A stretch of DNA of 7,050 nt from Tubiluchus corallicola (Eukaryota; Animalia; Priapulida): contig JAQGDQ010002239.1 of NCBI GenBank assembly GCA_030141605.1, forward strand, positions 1 through 7,050. Direction: 5' to 3'. Every line of letters starts with the position of its first letter. The first letter of the stretch is position 1. Positions 1 through 6,545 of this stretch are shown piece after piece. Below the pieces are notes generated by a model. It saw only the letters and a program-made list of their open reading frames with translations, made no database searches and was not told where the DNA came from. The position numbers and the translations under genes are program-made.

Positions 1-5
1 GTCGG

Positions 6-151
6 TAATGTCTAATGTAACCTTGTAGCAAAACTTGTCAGCTTGTGCAGGTATAGTCTATTCTTACTGTAAATGTTACTAATGTCTAATGTAACCTTGT
101 AGTAAAACTTGTTAGCTTCTGTAGTTATAGTCTATTCTTACTGTAAATGTT
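6..151. repeat. 74-bp direct tandem duplication (2 copies)
   Basis: TAATGTCTAATGTAACCTTGTAG...TATAGTCTATTCTTACTGTAAATGTT starts at 6 and again at 80, with only a handful of substitutions. Confidence 0.95.
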
Positions 152-256
152 TTTGTAAATAGTGTATAAAGTCTGTTGTGGTGAGAATCCTAAATCATGT
201 TTTTCAAACTGTCTGATCTAATCCTATAATAAATTATGTTTAAACTAACTAACTAC
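152..256 (+). mobile_element. possible retroposon (LINE/SINE) 3' end: AATAAA plus short (AACT)n tail
   Basis: AATAAA at 228-233 followed by AACTAACTAACTAC at 243-256. Short tandem tails after AATAAA are typical of L2/CR1-type 3' ends. No coding evidence in the window. Confidence 0.35.
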
Positions 257-399
257 AAACAGTGCTACGGATAAGAATGTCGACAAGAGTGGTCACGTTT
301 AATTTCTAAAACAACTACTAAGCATACCACCATAGGCATCACTAGGCCTATTGCTACCAGCAGCAAACACATCACATTTTTTACCTGTTTCATTCAGTA

Positions 400-830
400 A
401 ATGATTGAATTCCAAAGCTATGACATTGAATGGCTACATCAAGATGTAACTCTCTTATTCAGTGGTGAAGACAAGAAAGCCATTGCTGACGACGCCATTG
501 CCATTAACAAAAACACAATTTTTAATTTATCCACTTCAAGAACGACAACAACAGGTACCTCCACTGGGAAATTAGAAGGACAGAGTCCAGGATTTAATCT
601 GAACTAGTGCTTATAAATCTAGTTTTTCTCCAGACATCTTATATGTTGAATTTTTTAGTAGAAAATTGCTTCCCTCAACTACGACCTCGCTCGATTCAAG
701 AAGAGCATCAACAGATATATACCACTAGCACACTGCTTATAAGAATTCAACCTTGCTTGCCAGTATTAATAATTCCGTCTGTCGAATGTGCCTTATTGTC
801 CTGCGTGATACCTGGCTTTTCTAGGAGCGA
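400..830 (+). mobile_element. decayed LINE (CR1/L2-like) ORF2 C-terminus plus probable 3' UTR
   Basis: Across frameshifts it reads ...AIAINKNTIFNLSTSRT..., TSAYKSSFSPDI (604-639), NFL.E and KIASLNYDLARFKKSINRYI (662-720). This parallels the usual ORF2 end pattern 'RT..YK.SFFP.TI..WN.LP..I.....L..FK..L'. Stops and frameshifts are present. Confidence 0.7.
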
Positions 831-851
831 TTTGAAATTACACTTGATTTG

Positions 852-1182
852 TTTTATATCAAATTATTTTAATAAGCGTTTACGATACAGCTGTAGAACA
901 CGTGCATCAATTCAAACCTAGACGCATGCTGTATAAGTTCTGTCATAATTTACAATAGCTAGGATGTTAACCAAAAACCATACAAACACCCTTTTAATGA
1001 TATTGAAATTAGGCAGCTTTCCATTTGCTGTATTTTATATCAAATCGTTTTAATAAGCGTTTACGATACAGCTGTAGAACATGTGCATGAATGCAGACGT
1101 AGACGTATACTGTATAAGTTCTGTCCTAATTTACAATAGCTAGGACCTTAATCAGCAACTGTATAAAGTCCCTTTTTAATGA
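852..1182 (+). repeat. two direct copies (A 852-1016, B 1033-1182; 181-bp offset) of an interspersed repeat family
   Basis: Shared blocks TTTTATATCAAAT, TTTTAATAAGCGTTTACGATACAGCTGTAGAACA, CTGTATAAGTTCTGTC, TAATTTACAATAGCTAGGA and CCCTTTT(T)AATGA. Confidence 0.95.
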
Positions 1183-1212
1183 CGTCGATATAAAAACAAA
1201 ACAAGTATAAAA

Positions 1213-1356
1213 CTGCGTAATTTCAATATCATCAATCGGGTGTTTGTGTGGTTCTTGGTTAACTTCCTAGCTATTGTAAATTACGACAGAACGTATACAG
1301 TATGCATCTAAGTTTGAATTCATGCACGTGTTCTACAACTGTATCACAAACGATTA
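1213..1356 (-). repeat. inverted copy (C) of the 852-1182 repeat, giving a foldback/MITE-like arrangement
   Basis: The reverse complement reads ...GTAGAACACGTGCATGAATTCAAACTTAGATGCATACTGTATACGTTCTGTCGTAATTTACAATAGCTAGGAAGTTAACCAAGAACCACACAAACACCC...GATATTGAAATTACGCAG, collinear with copy A (about 873-1016). Confidence 0.93.
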
Positions 1357-1587
1357 CACTATTAATATTTGTACAGCATTATGAACTGTAAGACGTACAG
1401 TGAGATTCTGGGTCAGTTCTTACAATTTTACTTTCTTTAAAATCACCGGGGTTTTCAACGCAGTTTTTGCTTCAGTGAATAAAATCTGCGCCCGCAGGGT
1501 TCTAATACAACTTTCACACAATGTCTGTTCACATGGCCCGCATTCTGTACACATTAACACCTATTATGTAAGCACTTTTACAGCTAG

Positions 1588-1680
1588 TCAAACTTTGCAG
1601 CCTATCTGGTGAGTTGGTTGGTTTCGGCCGATTAGAAGAGCTGTATAATTGTTGGCGACTTTAACCTAAATGTCATAAAA
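1588..1680 (+). mobile_element. decayed apurinic-like endonuclease fragment of a LINE ORF2
   Basis: Frame +1 reads SNFAAYLVSWLVSAD*KSCIIVGDFNLNVIK; IIVGDFN (1645-1665) is the conserved APE-domain motif of non-LTR elements. In-frame stops flank it. Confidence 0.6.
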
Positions 1681-1858
1681 GTTGTAGGCGTAACAAGATA
1701 GGTGGCAGAGAGACACCCCCAAGAAAATTAATTAGGTAGTTGGCCTAAAGTGGAGTTATGCAAATTAAAATAACAAGAGTAAAGATATGAAATAAACAGC
1801 AAAATTCTCCAAATGCAACGATTCGCTAAAGGCAGCTTATATGACATATAATATATAG

Positions 1859-1956
1859 TTATATAGTTTGCTTATACAGCATACATATATATATACATAT
1901 ACGTGACCTATTATGAATTCAGACCTAGACGTATGCTGTATAAGCAAACTATATAA
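1859..1956. repeat. perfect 26-bp inverted repeat with 46-bp spacer
   Basis: TTATATAGTTTGCTTATACAGCATAC (1859-1884) is the exact reverse complement of GTATGCTGTATAAGCAAACTATATAA (1931-1956). Confidence 0.95.
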
Positions 1957-1997
1957 AAGATATTAATCAGGAACCGTACAAAAACTCTTTTTAATGA
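1913..1997 (+). repeat. partial copy (D) of the 852-1356 repeat family
   Basis: ATGAATTCAGACCTAGACGTATGCTGTATAAG...TTAATCAGGAACCGTACAAAAACTCTTTTTAATGA matches copy B at about 1087-1182. Confidence 0.85.
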
Positions 1998-2499
1998 ACT
2001 GTGAACTGTGAATTTTATTTTACACATCAAAAAATACAATATCAAACACATTAATAAATTTTAAATAAAATAATTTGAGTAGTGCGAGGCGAGTGTACGA
2101 CCATACGGTCATTAACACACTCACCTTACTTAAATGAAAAACTGATTATAGTTATGCATGCTTCTGTAGATAACTTAATGTAAATAAGAATGAAGTAAAT
2201 GATGTAATAATTCGAGTAGTGCGAGGTGAGTGTACGACCATACGATCACTAACACACTCACCTTACTAAAATGAAAAACATGATTATAATTATGCGTGCT
2301 TCTGTAGATAACTTAATGTAAATAAGAATGAAGTAAATGATGTAATAATTCGAGTAGTGCGAGGTGAGTGTACGACCATACGATCACTAACACACTCACC
2401 TTACTAAAATGAGAAAAATGATTATAATTATGCGTGCTTCTGTAGATAACTTAATGTAAATAAGGATGAAGTAAATGACGTAATAATGAGCAATAAACC
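1998..2499 (-). mobile_element. 5'-truncated retroposon 3' end (L2/CR1-type 3' UTR) inserted into the foldback repeat
   Basis: The minus strand ends AATAAA (2014-2019) plus (TTCACAG)2TTCA (1995-2012). It is flanked by TGA at 1995-1997 and 2500-2502. Joining the flanks restores the sequence seen after copy B (TTTTTAATGACG..GATATAAAAACAA). Confidence 0.7.
2069..2487. repeat. tandem array of three 137-138 bp units, each with a stem-loop
   Basis: GAGTAGTGCGAGG recurs at 2077, 2214 and 2352. Each unit has AGGTGAGTGT-N20-ACACTCACCT (2224-2263, 2362-2401; one mismatch in 2087-2126). Confidence 0.97.
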
Positions 2500-2599
2500 T
2501 GACGATGATATAAAAACAATGTCATTAAAATGGTTTTTGTGTGGTCCTTGATTAACATTCTAGCTATTGTATATTACAACAGAGCTTTTACAGTATATG
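2500..2599 (-). repeat. spacer plus partial inverted copy (E) of the 852-1356 repeat family
   Basis: GATATAAAAACAA matches 1187-1199. TCATTAAAATGGTTTTTGTGTGGTCCTTGATTAACATTCTAGCTATTGTATATTACAACAGAGC..TACAGTAT matches copy C at about 1229-1303. Confidence 0.85.
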
Positions 2600-2761
2600 T
2601 ACTGTGACATTATCACAGTTATATATGATACTGCAATAAGTAAACTTGATAACAGAATGTTATATTATATAAAACAACAGAAACAACAGCTGCTATAGAA
2701 TGAGAATAAAATGAGTTGTTTTTGTTCGCTCTCTTCACTTTATTAATTCTTTAATAATTAT

Positions 2762-2960
2762 CCCAGGTAGCAGCGAGAGTGAGGCTCCCACAAGAAAATT
2801 GATTGGGCAAAATGCATCAGGCAACCTAGTTCTCCTGGGTTTGGCGCTCGAGTGGTTTAGTCTTGCGGTTTAACAATGCAGTCTTGAGTTCGAGGCGTCG
2901 CTAAATAGTTGTCAGTGCTATTATTGCTTGTTAAATAAGCGACAGTAAACAGACCTTGTA
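2762..2960. mobile_element. probable interspersed repeat with tRNA-like A/B box motifs (SINE-like)
   Basis: Relatively GC-rich. A-box-like TGGCGCTCGAGTGG (2842-2855) and B-box-like GAGTTCGAGGC (2886-2896) at tRNA-like spacing. 2765-2807 is also similar to 1700-1736. No full cloverleaf; orientation uncertain. Confidence 0.4.
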
Positions 2961-3139
2961 TTTGTCTTTGTCTTAAAAAACACCAAGGTCAGTTTTATAG
3001 AAGTCTTTGTGTCGTGTCCGACATATAACAAAATATTCTGAAGCCACAACAGCTAAGGCACAGAGTAATCGTTACTCTGTACATTCAGCTGGAGTAATCA
3101 GTCTAGTCTCAGCTGGGTTTATATGTACTCAAGTATGTT

Positions 3140-3319
3140 GTTACCGTCAACATTGGTTGCCATGGAGATTGCTTGATATGGAGATTAGTTGCCATGGAGA
3201 TTGGTTAGTACAGGAACTGGTTGCCATGGAGATTGGTTAGTACGGGTTGTTGGTAGCTGGATTGCTAAAGGTGATAAACTTTCTTAGCTGTTACTATGAA
3301 GATCGGTTGCCATGGAGAT
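3140..3319. repeat. 16-bp minisatellite (TGGTTGCCATGGAGAT) made of X-box-like motifs
   Basis: Exact GTTGCCATGGAGAT at 3156, 3188, 3220 and 3306, with degenerate units in 16-bp phase at 3140, 3172, 3204, 3236 and 3290. Confidence 0.9.
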
Positions 3320-3580
3320 GTCGTTGTGTGATTCTCAAGTACTATTTTGGCGAACTGTTGGTGAACATGATGGGTTATTTTAAGTGTTACCATTATGATC
3401 TAATGGCTTACATTATCTGGGCATGGCAAAAATGGCTCAGGTAAAAAAGGCACAGGAAAAATGGTCTGGTGAAGCTGGCACAGGGAAAAGTGCACAAAAA
3501 CAAAAACAGGAAAAAATAACACACTTAATAAAACATAAGTTAGTGTTAGACTTACTGAAAGGAATAATCATTTTAATTGT

Positions 3581-3740
3581 TTTTACACCAGCCAAGGAGG
3601 CAACACTGTTTATTTGTCCAGTCGTTTCTTGTATGTACGTTTGTTTGTTCTTATGTTGTTCATTTATTTATTAGTTTGTTTGTCTGCTAGTTATCAGTAC
3701 TATGCAAAAACTACAGTTCGTGAGTAGTGATTATGATAAC

Positions 3741-3789
<49 letters not shown>

Positions 3790-3974
3790 TAGTGGTGGTG
3801 GTGATGGTGATGATGATGATGATGATGATGATGAAGACGACGACGATGATGATGAGGATGATGTTACTGATAATGATGACAAAGATAACGATGATGATGA
3901 TGATGATGATAATGATGATGATGATGATGATGATTATTATGATGTTACTGATAGTGATGACGAAGATAACGATG

Positions 3975-4026
<52 letters not shown>

Positions 4027-4268
4027 CCATCACCATCGATTTGTTTATTTTTGTATATAGACTTCAGCTTTGTCAAGTGAAGCCATAGCTATAGTCCACA
4101 AAATATTTCATGAATGGTAAAATGATTAATTTTTATATAGGTATGCTTTTGAACGCTTGCCATTTCATCTTTGTTTTATATTTTTTAAATGATAAAAAAT
4201 CAGACATGCATGTTTCGAGTTGTTCAACTTTGGCAGAGGTCTGCCTCCTACTGAGTGCATTTTAGTTT
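3581..4268 (+). mobile_element. non-autonomous Helentron-associated (HINE/DINE-1-like) element nested in the foldback element
   Basis: 5' TTTTACACCAGCCAAGGAGG followed by a (GTTT)-rich tract and GTCTGCTAG..GCAAAAACTAC. The 3' subterminal inverted repeat TTGGCAGAGGT (4230-4240) matches 3585-3595 at 8/11, followed by a short hairpin TGCCTC-CTACT-GAGTGCA (4242-4259) and TAGTTTT. Both ends lie in T runs with no TSD, which is the HINE architecture. Confidence 0.7.
3727..4024. repeat. compound (GAT)n microsatellite
   Basis: Perfect (GAT)16 at 3741-3788, then interrupted GAT/GGT/GAC/AAT runs. An internal 81-bp higher-order duplication is marked by GATGTTACTGATA at 3860 and 3941. Confidence 0.98.
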
Positions 4269-4307
4269 TAGAAATGAACCATTTTTCCAATTTTTCCATT
4301 TGTGCAA

Positions 4308-4460
4308 TTTTTCCTGTGCCATTTTAACCGTGCCAGTTTTACCTGTGCCCTTTTTACCTGTGCCATTTTTACCGTGCCACTTTTACCTGTGCCATTTTTA
4401 CCGTGCCACTTTTACATGTGCCATTTTTACCGTGCCACTTTTTCCTGTACCATTTTTGCC
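4308..4460. repeat. 14/15-bp tandem array (TTTTACC(T)GTGCCA)n
   Basis: About 10 units, partly alternating 15- and 14-bp variants. It forms the right arm of the 3419-4467 element. Confidence 0.95.
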
Positions 4461-5458
4461 TATGTTCGAACTAATTGAATCATCTCATGGAGAGTAACTT
4501 TGAGCTACACATTAACGAATTAATCGATGTAAAATTAATTTTATAATTTCATCAAAACTCAGACCCTAATTTATATTCCACTATGCACTATTCCACTACA
4601 TTGAATCGTGATAGCTAAAGATTTCATAAAATTCATTCATGGCCACGTCTCTGTCTTCTCATTCTACTGGTTGCACTAACTGTATTGTCTAGCCACCCGA
4701 AAGTTTAAAATCTGCTCTTTTCGGCCACTTCAATTCTACCTGTTACCCGAGATACAAGATGTATTTCTGATAGAATTTTCTTTTCTCTAAGGAGTGTACA
4801 TTGTACACAATCGTCACGACTGCACAACCGTTATCCAACACGATTTTCTTTCACGACTCGATTCCGCTAATCCAGCAAATTCCTCGAAAGACACGAACTG
4901 CGCATAGAAGAAATGACCCGAGGAAATAACGTTTAATTTAGCGGTAACATGCGTGCCTGTCGGGGTAACGTGTTAATTCCTGCATTATGGGTCAGGGTCG
5001 CCGTGTTATGGGCGTTTTTACTCTGAAGAGCAAAACTTGTGTTTGTTCCAGTAATTTCTGTCGAACGGAAGACATTAGGAGAGCTTGACTGGCAAGTAAT
5101 GACGGGTTGGACAAAAGGCAAGGTAATAGTTTGGGTAACTAACGGTTGAAAAAATTAAGCCTATTAACGCCGAAGCAGTTTATTAAAGGTGCATCCAGCT
5201 GGTTTATTCGGCTGTTTATCGAAGACGATGCCAATTTTACTGCAAAAACCCCACAAAGAATGAACACGGTCAAATTATTGTTATCATCTGTTTTCGACCA
5301 ACACGGTATTATTATATTATTATAATTATAATTCTTTACTTTTAAAACCTATATACAGAATACATTCCCTCTATTTGTAGGGATGTGTTTAAAATTTCTT
5401 GAAATTCTCAAGTTGAGTTCTTAAAATTTAAAAGCATTTACAACGTATTAAACCTATT

Positions 5459-5464
<6 letters not shown>

Positions 5465-5492
<28 letters not shown>
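5465..5492. repeat. (TA)14 microsatellite
   Basis: Perfect dinucleotide run at the inferred 3' end of the minus-strand LINE. Confidence 0.98.
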
Positions 5493-5496
<4 letters not shown>

Positions 5497-5994
5497 AGAA
5501 CCCAACGAATGAGACAGATTGAACGACGATCATATACAACAGACATAGTTACAAATTATAATCCAACACAACATGCATACATAATAAAAGATAACGAACA
5601 TATTTTAATACTCAGTAACAAAAATTTACACGTGCAACACGCTCGTGAAATATTTTTGTTGTTTAAAATTACGTTAGTCTGTGACGTTAATTAAGTTTTT
5701 TATCTATTATCTAATTATCAAAAACGCTTTTGCAGTATTAACTGTGTTAAAATGTACACTTGTTTCAGACTTGAAAATGGCGTAATGTTTGAAAAATCAT
5801 CCTGTGTTCCTTTAAGCAAGTTGTATTTATGCCTAGTAAATGTACTTTTCACTGTGGCTTTTAACAACGTTATACCTCGAATTAAAGTCATGATATGCAA
5901 TTCTCAGTGCTCTATCTTGGAACTTCTCTGCGTTACAAAGTAAGTGACCTCGCCACACCAATATGCAACATGTAAAATTTGTTCTAACAAACCC

Positions 5995-6049
<55 letters not shown>
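5995..6049. repeat. (ATCA)13+ tetranucleotide microsatellite
   Basis: Perfect 55-nt run lying inside the LINE ORF2 remnant. Confidence 0.98.
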
Positions 6050-6384
6050 TTGATTTCACATTTTAAACTAGCAGTAATTCTCTTAACCGCATTCAATTGC
6101 CTTTTTGCTTTATCTGGATAAGACATGCTCGTATAGTTTAAATGAAAACAGGATGATTGTGTAAACATCAGTTTAGAATAAAGAATGCTTTCAAATGTTG
6201 AAAACTACAATAGCTTTTTTAAATCAAAGCTTAGATTATATAACAATTACCTCGGATACTCAAATTTCGTTAAACTTTCAAAGCTTCCCACGGCTCAGAG
6301 AATCTACTAAGATTGGCAGCGGCACCTTTTTTTCACATTCGCGTGGCCGACAAATAGAAGAGGTTACCGTGATAAACATGATCA

Positions 6385-6545
6385 TGAACTGCTGTGTTAG
6401 TTCTGACGTCATATGATGTAAAGCCCATTTTTCATGACATCACGCGTTTAAACAGTACTGTAACACTTATGCAAATGTCCTTGATTACGCAAACTGTGGT
6501 TAGTTCCTGACGTAAGCAACAGCTGTGTTCGGTTGCCATTAATTA
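6385..6545. promoter_or_regulatory. cluster of transcription-factor-like motifs (candidate only)
   Basis: TGACGTCA 6404-6411, TGACATCA 6435-6442, octamer ATGCAAAT 6469-6476, TTACGCAA 6485-6492, TGACGTAA 6508-6515, CAGCTG 6520-6525. Motif matches only. Confidence 0.25.

Larger units (their letters stand above)
3419..4467. mobile_element. non-autonomous foldback-type DNA element with inverted arms built from 14/15-bp tandem units
   Basis: The left arm 3419-3517 (GGCAAAAATGGCTCAGGTAAAAAAGGCACAGGAAAAATGG...GTGCACAAA) is the inverted counterpart of the right arm 4281-4467 (TTTGTGCA, about 10 units of TTTTACC(T)GTGCCA, then CCATTTTTGCC). No clear target-site duplication. Confidence 0.75.
5465..6175 (-). 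mobile_element. decayed LINE (CR1/L2-like) ORF2 region C-terminal to the RT core, plus 3' UTR
   Basis: The minus strand reads HLNY../EHV, KAKRQLNAVKRITASLKCEIK (6111-6049), FVRTNFTCCILVW..AEKFQDRALRIAYHDFNSRY (from 5991), RNFKQ and CCTCK (5639-5625). These parallel the pattern 'LNF.EH...CKKA.RQLNAL.RI...F..S.FNYC..VW...EKIQERALRI.Y.D..S.Y' and the Cys-rich C-terminus. Multiple frameshifts. Confidence 0.85.

Noticed and set aside
401-921. ORFs 401-607 and 607-921 as a two-gene unit
   Set aside because: LINE-like motifs switch between frames and the second ORF runs into a non-coding repeat, so this is a decayed retroelement.
2069-2487. CRISPR array or hammerhead retrozyme
   Set aside because: The sequence between hairpins is near-identical rather than unique spacers, there are no cas genes, and neither strand has a CUGANGA...GAAA core in the unit.
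2601-2619. ACTGTGA-N5-TCACAGT hairpin
   Set aside because: A 7-bp stem is expected by chance in 7 kb of AT-rich DNA and has no supporting context.
2835-2910. Functional tRNA gene
   Set aside because: Only box-like motifs are present; I could not form acceptor, anticodon or T stems.
3007-3444. 77-aa and 65-aa ORFs
   Set aside because: Non-ATG starts, overlap with the 16-bp minisatellite, and no recognisable domain.
3700-4088. Poly-Asp/Met/Ile/His/Ser ORFs
   Set aside because: They are translations of the (GAT)n microsatellite in several frames and carry no unique protein sequence.
4255-4497. 80-aa ORF with PVPFL repeats, and the 83-aa ORF at 3423-3674
   Set aside because: Both are translations of the 14/15-bp tandem arms of the foldback element.
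5509-6416. Plus-strand ORFs at 5509, 5752 and 6195
   Set aside because: The first two are antisense to the LINE remnant; none has a recognisable motif.
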